Numbered from the stretch's first letter, positions 38,398 to 48,904 are shown. The stretch is DNA of 64,000 nucleotides from Spirochaetota bacterium (GCA_963663865.1 OY760686.1:2272001-2336000); one strand, 5' to 3'. Translations and numbers: made by a program. Notes: a model not told the origin generated them from the sequence alone.

Positions 38398-39214
38398 CAT
38401 TACATTCGTAATAATATCGTCTGTCTTCATTCTTCTTGCATCTTCCCTTTCAGCTGATGAGATAGTACTAAAAAGCGGTGAAACAGTAAACGGCAAGATA
38501 TTAAAGATCGGCTCCGAGTTCATTGAATATGATCCTGACGGTACTGTTCCGTTCGGGACCGTACCTGTATCTGAGGTTTCAGAGATAATCTACCTTGACG
38601 GTTCGGCCTTCGTTATTAAGGCACTCAAACCAGAAGAAGCCGGCGATACAAACGTCGACAGGGACGCTTCCGTCTCGAAAGAAGCCCTGAAAAAGCCGGA
38701 GGGAGCAATCGAGTTCGAACTTGGCTTTAACGGATATGTCGGCGCCGGCTTCAGAATAAATCGGACTATCTGGGACGGGCTGACAGCCAATGGAGGTGTA
38801 GGCTACGGAGTCTGGGGAACGCGTTTCTCAGCCGGGCTCCGTTACTGCTTCAATCCCGATCTCTCAGGAATAGCGCTGGGTCTGGGTGCCGCGTACAATA
38901 CCGGAAAGCGAGGTTACAGCAGAGAAACCGATATTATTACCGCCGATGGACTAAAGCTTAAGAATAATGTAATATACGACTACAAGCCGGTTACGGTTGT
39001 GAATCTTACTTTTCTATACAGCTGGAGAATGAACGAATCAACCAGGTTCTACATCGAAACCGGTTATTCATATGCCTTTCAGAGGGACGATTACACGATG
39101 AAATCGTATACATATTCAGGCTTCACATTAACAAAGGAAGAAAAAGATTACATGAATGTCGAACAACCCGGCGGGTTAATTTTTTCGCTCGGCATTGCTA
39201 TTATGTTCCATTGA
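38387..39214 (+). CDS. Exported protein, probable outer-membrane beta-barrel
   Basis: Signal peptide, ADEIVLKSG N-domain, Gly/aromatic alternating strands. Confidence 0.65.
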   Translation: MKTNITFVIISSVFILLASSLSADEIVLKSGETVNGKILKIGSEFIEYDPDGTVPFGTVPVSEVSEIIYLDGSAFVIKALKPEEAGDTNVDRDASVSKEALKKPEGAIEFELGFNGYVGAGFRINRTIWDGLTANGGVGYGVWGTRFSAGLRYCFNPDLSGIALGLGAAYNTGKRGYSRETDIITADGLKLKNNVIYDYKPVTVVNLTFLYSWRMNESTRFYIETGYSYAFQRDDYTMKSYTYSGFTLTKEEKDYMNVEQPGGLIFSLGIAIMFH

Positions 39215-39558
39215 GAGGTCATCTCTATTTTGGCTTGTTGTATCTGCCGCTATTTATACGTAGCAAACTCCCTCTTACGCTTAAGACGCATATCCTCATT
39301 TTAAGCGCAAGCCTCAGATACTCATTGATGACAGGAAACGGTCTCGACCGGCTCCCCAAGTCAATATTTTATAATCTGCGTGTCACGGTGAGGTAGAGCC
39401 GGCCCAATGTTCCGGCCTTCGGCTTCCCTCCTCATCTTATCATATGTGGAGGCTTTTTTTCCTCTCGCAAAGTTCGCTAAGCACGCGAAGTCCCTGATCT
39501 GCATCTTCATAGGCGGAATTAATAAACTGCAGGCCCCCTTCTTCAAGAACACATCCAA

Positions 39559-39903
39559 TGCGATTTGCATGGATGCAAATCGCCCAGCGCCGACGTTCAG
39601 GATGAACTAGTGCCTAAGCCGCCCAGGAGGGGCAAAAAGGCTTAGGCCTTTTCATCAGGATGATGATAACGGCGCTGAAATAGTTTGGTAACTGCAAATG
39701 CCAAGCCCTTCCGGCGCATGAGGAACGGCTTTTTCCCGCCCCTTTTTGGCCGGTCAAAAAGCGGCAAAAGAAGTGTCCGTGAGCTCCACACAGAAAACAA
39801 TGGTAGGGGACGGTCGAGACCGTCCCGAACAAACACAGAGTCACACTCCCAGTGTAAAAACAGCCGGCAGGCTCCCTGCCAGGAGAGAAGCGTCTCGCGC
39901 AGC
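39559..39903. repeat. Modular palindromic intergenic repeat, copy A
   Basis: Shares TGCGATTTGCATGGATGCAAATCGCCC and a ~125 bp block with 42018-42238. Confidence 0.85.
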
Positions 39904-39936
39904 TGAGCGGGTTAAAGCCTGCGGCAGTCCCGTGTC

Positions 39937-40608
39937 TCAGGTTAGCCTGTTAACTTTAAATGGCTCTCCGTGCCCGGGTATAATTATATCAGAATTTGCT
40001 TTTATGAATTTCATCTGATCAGGAATCGGCGCCTCGCGCCATGTAGAGCCGGGAATTTTCATCTCTTTATAGTATTCTTCATTGAGAAATATATCTCCGA
40101 CAATAGCGTACACATTCCCGCTTATGTTTACAAAGATAGCCATTGATCCGGGTGTATGGCCGGGACAGTGATGCAAGTAAATGGAGTTACCGAGCTTATT
40201 AAAATCGGGAACGGCTTTCGCCTTCATCGGGCCAGTAACACAATTCTCAGTAATTCCAAAAACTGAAGATCCTGAAAGCTCTATTTTTTTATGGTTTTTA
40301 AAGACAAAACTGAGCTTTTCATCTGCATGAAAAATAAAAGTACTGTTTTTAAAAAGGTTACTATGCCCAAAATGATCCGGGTGAAGATGTGTAAAAATAA
40401 CATACAATATGTCAGAGGGAGAAAGACCTGCTTCTGCAAGGCCTTCAACAATGACATCCGGGTCTTCCTGAGGATCTGCGAGGTCAACTAACATATTCAT
40501 TAATCCCATTCTTAATAACGTACAGGAAGGTCTCGTGTCCACCACGCCTTTTTCAAGTGATATATCTATGTTTCCGCTCTTGATTACGGAGAGCTTCAGC
40601 TCAGTCAT
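39937..40608 (-). CDS. MBL-fold metallo-hydrolase
   Basis: THLHPDHFG, PGHTPGS, GD, PGHG. Confidence 0.9.
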   Translation of the reverse strand: MTELKLSVIKSGNIDISLEKGVVDTRPSCTLLRMGLMNMLVDLADPQEDPDVIVEGLAEAGLSPSDILYVIFTHLHPDHFGHSNLFKNSTFIFHADEKLSFVFKNHKKIELSGSSVFGITENCVTGPMKAKAVPDFNKLGNSIYLHHCPGHTPGSMAIFVNISGNVYAIVGDIFLNEEYYKEMKIPGSTWREAPIPDQMKFIKANSDIIIPGHGEPFKVNRLT

Positions 40609-40682
40609 TGTCGCGCCCCATGACGTAAATGAGTTCTTTCTAAGATACTGCCCGCTTGTGTCAAGGGATTTGATTAAATGCT

Positions 40683-41801
40683 TTATAAAAGCTTATCCGC
40701 CCTTCTCACCAACCACTCGAAGCTGTATCTGAATTCCTTTCTGTTCCACTGAACTGCTGCATATATGAACAGCGCAATGACCGCATAGGCTAACAGGTAA
40801 GCTGTCCAGTAGGGTATTTTTCTGTAATACGATGTGAGTGAAAGAAGCTGTTTGAAAATAAACACATGTGCTATAAACGCTGTCAGTGACATCCTGCCAA
40901 AGAGAACAACGGAATTTACAGACGAGATTGAGCGCCGAAGCTCATAACGGCGGGCAAGAGCTACTACTGGCAACACTATTCCGGCAAGCAGGAAAAACAT
41001 TAACGGCATCATTGGATAAAACGACTCTGGTACGTAGACCAAGCGTTTCAGAATTCCAGAACGTGCATCTATCAATGCTGAAGCAAGTATAATGAGTACA
41101 GTAACGGCTAACGAGACCGCCGAGATTGAGCAGACCTTTCGATATTTTCCTTTTTCAATAATCGGGGCGCAATAGTATCCAAGGATGAACATCCCTGACC
41201 ATGGCAGCAGGGGGAAATGCCCTGACGCTAAAGCAATTCGCAAAACTCCACCGGGCTGCGACATATCACTCATCTCCTTATTGAAGGCGTGAAGCGAGAC
41301 ATTAAAATAATGCTGAGCTAAAATCGCAGCAGCGGTAATTGTGATGACAACGAGGGGAAGCAATTGATGCGGCAACTTTCTTATCAGAGGAACAAAAATC
41401 ATCATAGCACCGATGAGATGAAGCACATACCATGATCCCAAACTAAACCACACGGGACAGATAAGATTTAGAATATATCCGGCAGCAAGAATCATGACAC
41501 CTCGAGTTATGATGCGCGAAGCAGATCCGTTTCCTGTTATAAAAAACCATGCCCCCATTCCGGAGATCATCACAAAGGCCGGGGCAGAAAATCCGCCAAG
41601 AGCATTCATAATCAAGAAAAACAGATTCTGGAATTGATTAATAAATCCATGTCCACTCGTTTTCCAGGCGGGGTCAACAAACCAGATTGAAAAATGCTGT
41701 ATCATCATGAAGATGACAGCGATTCCTTTCAGAAAATCAAGGGATTCAAGACGCTTCACCGGGACAGGATGTTGTTTCATATGGATTTTTATTCTCTTCA
41801 T
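40683..41801 (-). CDS. DUF1624 / heparan-alpha-glucosaminide N-acetyltransferase-like membrane protein
   Basis: RLESLDFLKGIAVIFMMIQH, VLHLIG, FPLLPW; multiple TM helices. Confidence 0.8.
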   Translation of the reverse strand: MKRIKIHMKQHPVPVKRLESLDFLKGIAVIFMMIQHFSIWFVDPAWKTSGHGFINQFQNLFFLIMNALGGFSAPAFVMISGMGAWFFITGNGSASRIITRGVMILAAGYILNLICPVWFSLGSWYVLHLIGAMMIFVPLIRKLPHQLLPLVVITITAAAILAQHYFNVSLHAFNKEMSDMSQPGGVLRIALASGHFPLLPWSGMFILGYYCAPIIEKGKYRKVCSISAVSLAVTVLIILASALIDARSGILKRLVYVPESFYPMMPLMFFLLAGIVLPVVALARRYELRRSISSVNSVVLFGRMSLTAFIAHVFIFKQLLSLTSYYRKIPYWTAYLLAYAVIALFIYAAVQWNRKEFRYSFEWLVRRADKLL

Positions 41802-42017
41802 TTATGCGGTGTCATAACATATTTTCATTGCACATTTTATTAATACACTTGCTGCTTTTATAGCTGATTAAGTTCTTAATAGCCATTTTATCATTTATCC
41901 CATATTGCCTAATTGATTTACGCAAGAGATTTTTAATGTTGGGGTATAACATAGAACTTAAACATCTAATGAACCCACTAATTTTTTTGCGGGCGGAGGG
42001 CATATCAACTCATTCAG

Positions 42018-42238
42018 TGCGATTTGCATGGATGCAAATCGCCCGGGCGCCGTTTCATCAGGATGATGATAATGGCGTTGAAATAGTTAGGTAACAGCTA
42101 CAGCCAAGCCCTTCCGGCGCCTGAGGAACGGCTTTTTCCCGCCGCTTTTTGGCCGGTCAAAAAGCGGCAAAAGAAGTGCCACGCTCTCAGCGTGAAAAGG
42201 AACGACAGGCTCCCTGCTAAAAAAGCGTCTCGCGCAGC
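42018..42238. repeat. Modular palindromic intergenic repeat, copy B
   Basis: Aligns to 39559-39903 with two modules missing. Confidence 0.85.
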
Positions 42239-42290
42239 ACTGTGGCGAAAGAAAAGCCCGTGTGCTCCGCAAAAAAAAGGGGCCCCGCTC

Positions 42291-43529
42291 TCAGCGTGAA
42301 CCCCCTCTCACCCTGATCAGCCTGACAACGGCCTCGGTGTTCAATATTGTCCGGGGAATGAACGAATCAAGCTCGGCGAACTCCTGCCCGGTCACACCGT
42401 CAGGGCCTGCTTCGGAGCAGTGTGAACATTCCCCAGCCGGTCCGAGCCCGTCAAGGGTGGGAATCCTCTCAGCGGTCCAGTTGCCGTCGCTGATACCGCC
42501 GCGCCTTTCCGGCTCAACAGCCCATCCCAATGAACGGGCTGCGTCCTGCCAAAACCCAAGAAGCATTGAGCTGCCTTCGTTTGCAGGCCATGGCGGAACG
42601 TCCCGTGAACATTCAACAGTCAGTTCGCAATCGTACTTTCCGTCAGCAGAGGGCCTGCCCCGTTTTCCCGAGAGCCTCAGCATCCCGGATGTCCCGAACT
42701 CCATAGCCTCCGGATCGAAGGCGCGCATCTCAGCGAAAGCTTCAGCCCGGTCAGGAACGCGGTTAAGTACCGTACCGCCGCTTATGGTAGCTACGTTCAC
42801 GGTCAGCCCTCGGCTGTAATCGGTAATTCCTCCAACTTCCGGAAGCAAGTCACAGAGATGAAGCAGAGCATTGGCGCCGGAGGCGTGATCCACTCCCGCA
42901 TGAGCTGAACGTCCCTTTGAACGAATCACAAACACTGAACGTCCCTTGCGCGAGGTGACTACATTGAAAGTTTTTCCCTGCATATTGCCTGCCTCAAAGA
43001 CAAGACAGGCAAGAGCATCAATGCCCTCCTCAAGGCACAGCGCACCGAAGTCATCCGAAACAGTCTCTTCGGTCGCGTCGAGAAGCACCTTCCAGGTCAC
43101 AGCCTTAAACTCTTCGGGATAGAAGCGCTGAAGGAGTTCCATCATCATGAGGATAATTACAGTCCCGCCCTTTATGTCGTTCGTCCCCGGACCGTACACC
43201 CTGCTGCCCCGCAGCTTCCATCGAAAGTCGCGGGACTTTTCCTCTTCCTCTGTAAACACCGTATCCAGATGTGAGACACAGAGAACGGAGTTCCTGCCGC
43301 TTCCCTGCCTTGTCATCACAAGATGCCTGCCGCTGCCCTTCTGGAGCGAATCGACATATCTTGCAGAAAAACCAACCCCTGAGAATATTTCTGCAGTAAA
43401 CTCTGCAAGGCGGTTTACGCCTACTGGATTAAGCGTGTACGAGTTGATATCGACCATCGCCCTGTATATTTCAAGATAACGGTTGAAATTGTCCGCGAGG
43501 TAGCTGCTGAGTTCTGAGTAATCTGCCAT
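42291..43529 (-). CDS. M20 metallopeptidase (glutamate carboxypeptidase-like)
   Basis: HLDTVF, GPGTNDIKGG, TEE, AHAG, GGISDGN, DGLGP. Confidence 0.9.
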   Translation of the reverse strand: MADYSELSSYLADNFNRYLEIYRAMVDINSYTLNPVGVNRLAEFTAEIFSGVGFSARYVDSLQKGSGRHLVMTRQGSGRNSVLCVSHLDTVFTEEEEKSRDFRWKLRGSRVYGPGTNDIKGGTVIILMMMELLQRFYPEEFKAVTWKVLLDATEETVSDDFGALCLEEGIDALACLVFEAGNMQGKTFNVVTSRKGRSVFVIRSKGRSAHAGVDHASGANALLHLCDLLPEVGGITDYSRGLTVNVATISGGTVLNRVPDRAEAFAEMRAFDPEAMEFGTSGMLRLSGKRGRPSADGKYDCELTVECSRDVPPWPANEGSSMLLGFWQDAARSLGWAVEPERRGGISDGNWTAERIPTLDGLGPAGECSHCSEAGPDGVTGQEFAELDSFIPRTILNTEAVVRLIRVRGGSR

Positions 43530-43738
43530 CGAAGTTGATCTCCTGCCTATGAGGGACGATATCCGCCCATAGATTATATTACTTTTTTTCGTAAAATATT
43601 GTAGACATCAGGCGAGTAAAATCTTCAATATCCAAATATTGCAATTCTTTTTCTCACCTTCCATGTGGCGTTTTTATGACAGTCGGCCATTCGCAGGGTG
43701 GCTTCGATTTGCAGAAATAAAAACTTCACAGGAGTAGT

Positions 43739-45349
43739 ATGTCCACACTTGAAAAATTCAGGGCGATGGGCCTGTCAGAGGCCGTGCTCGAAAAGCTTGA
43801 AAAAAAAGGCTTTAAAGAACCCACTTCCATCCAGGAGAAGGCGATACCCGCGATTCTCAACAGTACAGACGACATAGTCGCGCTCGCGAGAACAGGAACC
43901 GGAAAGACCGCAGCATTCGGCCTGCCGCTTGTTGAGATGTTAGATCCCGAAGCGCGCCATGTTCAGGCAATAATCCTCGTGCCTACGAGAGAACTGGCTC
44001 TGCAGGTCGCCGATGAGATCACTTCCTTTACGCCTTCACGCAAACTTCAGGTTGCCGCGTTCTATGGCGGAGACCCTATAACAAAGCAGATCAGCAAGCT
44101 TAAGGAAGGCGTACACATCGTGGCAGGAACCCCCGGCCGCGTGCAGGACCTCATCAACCGCAAGGCGCTTAAGCTCAGCAACATCTCCTTTCTCGTCCTT
44201 GACGAGGCCGATGAGATGCTTAACATGGGATTCATCGATGATATCGAAAAAATAATGAGCTTTACCGGCGAGAACAAACGTACCGTACTCTTTTCTGCAA
44301 CCATGCCTTCACGTATACTGAAAGTAGCCTCTTCTTATATGAAGAAGCACACAGTCATTAAAGCAGACGAGGGCCCTCAGAACGTTTCTCGTACGGAGCA
44401 TTCATACTTTCCCATCAACCAGAAGGGCAAGCTGAATCTCCTCTGCCGTCTCATGGAAATGGAGCCGGAATTCTACGGCCTTGTCTTTTGCCGAACAAAG
44501 AAAGACGTCGACGAGCTGGCCATTCAGCTGAACGATAAAGGCTATTTAGCCGAAGGCATACACGGCGATCTGTCGCAAAGCCACCGTGAACGCATTCTCG
44601 ATTCTCTTCGCCGTAAAAAGACAAGGATACTCGTGGCGACTGATGTCGCTGCCCGCGGAATCGACATTAATGATCTGACTCACGTAATCAACTACTCAAT
44701 ACCTCAGGATTCGGAGACCTACGTCCACCGGGTCGGCCGAACCGGACGTGCGGGCAAAACCGGCAAGGCTGTTACCTTCGCCTCACCGTCAGAGGAAAAG
44801 CGTATTCGATATATCATGAAGGACACCGGTTTTGAGATTGCCAGAGGAAACGTCCCGTCAGTCCAGGAGATTATTGACTTCAAGAAGGATATGATCTGTA
44901 ACAAAATCGCGAAACTGCTCGGGGGGGATATTCCTCAGAACGAGCGCGCTCTTGCCTCGAAAATGCTGACAGGCTGCGACCCGCTCGAACTCGTCGCGAC
45001 ACTCATTCACCACTCCTTCGGAAGCGATCTGAAGGCTGAAAGCTACGGAAAGATACAGGAAAAGCAGGCTTCGGAAATCAAGGCCGGCGGTCGAACCCGC
45101 AATGTGGATACGGACGCCGCTAATCTGAGGCTCTTCGTATCTCACGGAAAAAAGGACGGAATGAATTCACGCAAGCTCGTTACCCTTGTTGAAGAAAAAG
45201 CCCGGGTAAAACGCAGCCGAATTAACGGCGTTACAGTCATGGAAGAGTTTTCATTCCTGACTGTCCCCAGGGAAGACAGCGGAAAAGTTCTGCTGGCCTT
45301 TAAACGCCGCAAAGGCGGCAGCCTTCCAGTCATTGAAAGAGCAAAGTAG
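43739..45349 (+). CDS. DEAD-box RNA helicase with DbpA-type C-terminal domain (DeaD/CshA-like)
   Basis: Q motif, GTGKT, PTRELA, DEAD, SAT, ARGID, HRVGRTGR. Confidence 0.95.
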   Translation: MSTLEKFRAMGLSEAVLEKLEKKGFKEPTSIQEKAIPAILNSTDDIVALARTGTGKTAAFGLPLVEMLDPEARHVQAIILVPTRELALQVADEITSFTPSRKLQVAAFYGGDPITKQISKLKEGVHIVAGTPGRVQDLINRKALKLSNISFLVLDEADEMLNMGFIDDIEKIMSFTGENKRTVLFSATMPSRILKVASSYMKKHTVIKADEGPQNVSRTEHSYFPINQKGKLNLLCRLMEMEPEFYGLVFCRTKKDVDELAIQLNDKGYLAEGIHGDLSQSHRERILDSLRRKKTRILVATDVAARGIDINDLTHVINYSIPQDSETYVHRVGRTGRAGKTGKAVTFASPSEEKRIRYIMKDTGFEIARGNVPSVQEIIDFKKDMICNKIAKLLGGDIPQNERALASKMLTGCDPLELVATLIHHSFGSDLKAESYGKIQEKQASEIKAGGRTRNVDTDAANLRLFVSHGKKDGMNSRKLVTLVEEKARVKRSRINGVTVMEEFSFLTVPREDSGKVLLAFKRRKGGSLPVIERAK

Positions 45350-45357
45350 AATAGCTT

Positions 45358-45386
45358 GAAAGGCGGTTTTTAACCGCCTTTCTTTT
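45358..45386 (+). terminator. Intrinsic terminator
   Basis: GAAAGGCGGTT / AACCGCCTTTC stem followed by TTTT. Confidence 0.88.
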
Positions 45387-45548
45387 ATCCGTGTCCAGTC
45401 ACCCCTCTGTCCGATAAAATCATTGACCCTTAACTTCCATACCTTATAAAAGAAAAGGGGAAATCATTCCCTTGATTTCCCAATTCCATTTGCGAATTGG
45501 AAGGATTAATATATTCATTTAACATTAATCAAGTATTGGGAGCATTAA

Positions 45549-46631
45549 ATGAAAAGGATATTATCGACGCTTATTGCTCTTACTGCTCTGTCAGGATGCA
45601 GCAGCGCGGACATTGCATTTACCGAAGAAGGATGGCGTCGCAAAGCAGACAGCTCTCACACAAAATTACTCTATGCTCCCAACATAAAAGACGGCAGCTT
45701 CTATAACCCCTGGATGGTGAAACCGGACTACTCATTCTTCACTATGCTGCGTTGGCGTTTCTCTTCGTCACCCGACTTCACCAATGAAGAGATTAACTCG
45801 CTACCCGACGTTGAAAAAGATTCACTGAAAAAAATAGCCGCATTAAATGGCGGTGACTTTATTATGTGGATAGGCCATAACACATTCCTTATAAGAACCG
45901 ACGGAATATACTGGCTGACAGATCCCATATTCTCCGAACGGGCGCTTATAATAAAACGCAAAACGCCGCCAGGCATCCAGGCAAGCGAGCTATCCTCACT
46001 TGTCGGAAGCTCGCCTCTAAACGTAGTGATATCCCACAACCACTACGACCACCTTGATGAGGAAAGCGTGATATCCATACCCAGACATGCCCGCTTCTAT
46101 GTACCCTCCGGAATGGGCGCGCTTCTTAAGGAATGGGGCCTAAAAAACATCCATGAGATGAACTGGTGGGACGAAACCAATACAGGCAGCGGATTCAAGC
46201 TCACTGCCCTGCCCGCGCAGCACTGGTCCAGAAGGATCGGGCGTGACACAAACGCGAGTCTCTGGTCAAGCTTCATGCTCGACGGTGGAGGCTACAGAAT
46301 ATACCTGGGCGGAGACAGCGGTTACTTTATCGGCTACAGGGAATTCGGCAAAAAGTTTCCTGGAATAGATTACGCGCTACTGCCCGTAACGGCGTACACC
46401 CCGCGCTGGTTCATGCACTACAACCACATGAACGCGGATGAAGCCCTTGACGCCTTCAATGAGCTCGGCGCCAGGGAGTTCATACCGACACAGTGGGGCA
46501 CATTCAAACTCGCCGATGAGCCGGCGGGATTTCCGGGCATCGACCTTAAGCGAAAAATCGCATTGAGGCACCTCAACCCGAACCGTTTTCACATAATGAA
46601 CATAGGCTCCATTCTGCCTATTAAACCCTGA
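45549..46631 (+). CDS. MBL-fold hydrolase, NAPE-PLD/RomA-like lipoprotein
   Basis: Lipobox LSGC; ISHNHYDHLD, PAQHWS, GDSGY. Confidence 0.88.
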   Translation: MKRILSTLIALTALSGCSSADIAFTEEGWRRKADSSHTKLLYAPNIKDGSFYNPWMVKPDYSFFTMLRWRFSSSPDFTNEEINSLPDVEKDSLKKIAALNGGDFIMWIGHNTFLIRTDGIYWLTDPIFSERALIIKRKTPPGIQASELSSLVGSSPLNVVISHNHYDHLDEESVISIPRHARFYVPSGMGALLKEWGLKNIHEMNWWDETNTGSGFKLTALPAQHWSRRIGRDTNASLWSSFMLDGGGYRIYLGGDSGYFIGYREFGKKFPGIDYALLPVTAYTPRWFMHYNHMNADEALDAFNELGAREFIPTQWGTFKLADEPAGFPGIDLKRKIALRHLNPNRFHIMNIGSILPIKP

Positions 46632-46632
46632 C

Positions 46633-47553
46633 TCAGCTTCCGCTTTGTTTTTTTGCCTTCAGCACTGAGAGAAGGATCGACGCAGTAAGAGTCAGAGCGA
46701 CAAAGCCGAGGGCAGCCCATACAGGAATCTTGTAAAGGTCTGCAATAAGCATCTTCACTCCGACAAAGACAAGTATGACAGCGAGCCCATAGTTCAGATA
46801 AACAAAAAGCCTCATTACTCCCGAAACAGCGAAGTAGAGAGCCCTGAGACCCAGTATGGCGAAAATGTTTGATGTCAGTACAATAAACGGGTGAGTTGAT
46901 ATCGACAGAATCGCGGGTATTGAGTCAACCGCGAAAACAACGTCTGTTGTTTCAATTACAAGCAGCACGATAAACATCGTAGTCGCGTAGAGCTTCCCGT
47001 TTTTACGCACAAAAAAACGGCTGCCCCTGTATTCCCTGTCAAGCCTCAGGAACCTTCCAGCCGCCCTCAGAACCGGATTCTTCTCAGGATGGACCTCTTT
47101 CTCCTTCTGCACAGCCATCTTAATGCCTATGTAAACGAGGAAGGCGCCCAGAACATAGATTATCCAGTGGAAACGCTCAATAAGGGCCACACCTGCAAAA
47201 ATAAACACTGCCCTCATGACAACGGCCCCAATTATTCCCCAGAATAAAACCTTGTGCTGATATTTTGCCTCTATTCCGAAATACGAAAAGATGATAATAA
47301 AAACAAATATATTGTCAACGCTCAGTGATTTTTCAATAAGATATCCGGTTATAAACTCCAGCGCCATCTCCCTGCCGGCGAAATACCATATGCCGGCATT
47401 AAAAATCAGAGCGAGCAGTATCCAAAAAAAAGTCCATATCGCGGCCTCTTTCACCTTGATTTCGTGCTCATCCCTCTGCAGCACGAGAAAATCAAGCGCA
47501 AGCATTCCAAGTACGAATACAGCGAAGACCGCCCATAGAATAATCGAAGTCAT
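46633..47553 (-). CDS. TerC/Alx family membrane protein
   Basis: EKSLSVDNIFVF, DVVFAVDSIPA, SNIFAILGLR. Confidence 0.93.
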   Translation of the reverse strand: MTSIILWAVFAVFVLGMLALDFLVLQRDEHEIKVKEAAIWTFFWILLALIFNAGIWYFAGREMALEFITGYLIEKSLSVDNIFVFIIIFSYFGIEAKYQHKVLFWGIIGAVVMRAVFIFAGVALIERFHWIIYVLGAFLVYIGIKMAVQKEKEVHPEKNPVLRAAGRFLRLDREYRGSRFFVRKNGKLYATTMFIVLLVIETTDVVFAVDSIPAILSISTHPFIVLTSNIFAILGLRALYFAVSGVMRLFVYLNYGLAVILVFVGVKMLIADLYKIPVWAALGFVALTLTASILLSVLKAKKQSGS

Positions 47554-48404
47554 TATTTTTTCTCTCCGGAAATATCAAGAAACGGAACAGCTCCGCTTGT
47601 AACGCTCGGCAGCACGCCATTCCACTTTTCTATAGCTTTGATGTTAGCTTCCACCTTTCTCAATTCAATAAGATCGCGTGATATATTGGCCCTCTGCAGC
47701 CGCAGCGACTCAGCCTCGGCCCGTGCTGAGGTAATCTTCTGGTCCGCTTCAATCTTGACTCGATCAAGGTCGCGCTTTGCTTTCAGCGCAAGCTGTTCAG
47801 CCGTCTGCTTCGCTTCAATTGCCTCGGTGAACACACTTGAAAAGCTGAAAGACACAATCGAAAAGGCGTCTACTGCAATATCGTGCTTCAGAAGTCTCTG
47901 CTGAAGAGTTGACCTCATTGATTCGCTGACAGCAGGCCTTTTTGTAATCAGCTCCTCAGCCGTATACTCGGCCGTAACAGCCTTGACGACCTCCTGTATT
48001 GCCGGATCAATTATCCTTTCCCTGTAGGCCTCCCCAATGTTCTGGTAAAGCCTGTTCGCGCTGTCCGGAATCACGTGATAGTTCAGCACAACCTGTGACG
48101 AAACATCCTGCAGGTCTTTCGAGGCCGCTGGAGCATTGCTGGTGGCCTTCTGAACCTTAACATCCAAAATCACCATTTCCTGCTGAAGCGGTATCCTGAA
48201 GTGAAGCCCCTCTCCAAGTACTTTATCCTGTACGGCCCCGAAGTTTAGGACCACGCCTCTCTCTCCGGCGCCTATCTGCACCCACGGCTTTACAATGAGA
48301 ATCAACACCGATACTCCCAGAATCAGAAGAAGTATTCTTACACTCCTGTTTTTCAGAATCCCTTCGAGGGTTTCCCTGGTCTTGTCATAATCGTTTTGAT
48401 GCAT
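47553..48404 (-). CDS. SPFH/prohibitin family protein
   Basis: N-terminal TM, GERGVV, EGLHF, SKDLQ, AIEAKQTAEQ. Confidence 0.92.
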   Translation of the reverse strand: MHQNDYDKTRETLEGILKNRSVRILLLILGVSVLILIVKPWVQIGAGERGVVLNFGAVQDKVLGEGLHFRIPLQQEMVILDVKVQKATSNAPAASKDLQDVSSQVVLNYHVIPDSANRLYQNIGEAYRERIIDPAIQEVVKAVTAEYTAEELITKRPAVSESMRSTLQQRLLKHDIAVDAFSIVSFSFSSVFTEAIEAKQTAEQLALKAKRDLDRVKIEADQKITSARAEAESLRLQRANISRDLIELRKVEANIKAIEKWNGVLPSVTSGAVPFLDISGEKK

Positions 48405-48457
48405 AAAACAGCCTCCGGTAGTATTTAACTTTCAGACATCCTCTCATATCGGGAAGC

Positions 48458-48856
48458 TTAACCCGCACTGAGTTTTCTGTAGCCCATGCCAGTGAATCTG
48501 GCTACAATGCTTCCGTCTTCATCGAAGACGTCGACATTATAGGTTGCTATTCTGTTGCTGCGGGATATCTCCTGAGCGACGGCACGTATGAATCTGCCCG
48601 CCGGCGGTTTAAAGTACGATATGTTCACGCTGAGTCCCAGAGCAGGAGTACCCTCGGAATTTGAAGCCGCCGCGAAGGCATAATCGGCAAGTGTGAAAAT
48701 GACTCCGCCCTGTACAATATCCACACCGTTCAGATGCTTTTCAGACAGCTCAAGCTTTGTCTCAGCCTTACCTTCGCCAGTACTCACAAGCTCAATTCCC
48801 ACATGTTTTATGAACCTGTCATTTCTGATCTTTGCAAGAAGTTCGTCTCTGTTCAC
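48458..48856 (-). CDS. PaaI family thioesterase
   Basis: HLNGVDIVQGGVIFTLAD hot-dog fold motif. Confidence 0.9.
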   Translation of the reverse strand: MNRDELLAKIRNDRFIKHVGIELVSTGEGKAETKLELSEKHLNGVDIVQGGVIFTLADYAFAAASNSEGTPALGLSVNISYFKPPAGRFIRAVAQEISRSNRIATYNVDVFDEDGSIVARFTGMGYRKLSAG

Positions 48857-48904
48857 ATTATTCCTCAGTCAAAGCTTATTTTCCAGCAGGGAAATAGAGC
48901 AAAC

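Noticed and set aside
39361-40018. Several short ORFs over the repeat region (also 42087-42272)
   Set aside because: They coincide with palindromic non-coding repeat modules and lack RBS or family signal.
47553-47620. yybP-ykoY riboswitch upstream of the TerC/Alx gene
   Set aside because: The TerC start abuts the SPFH stop, leaving no leader.
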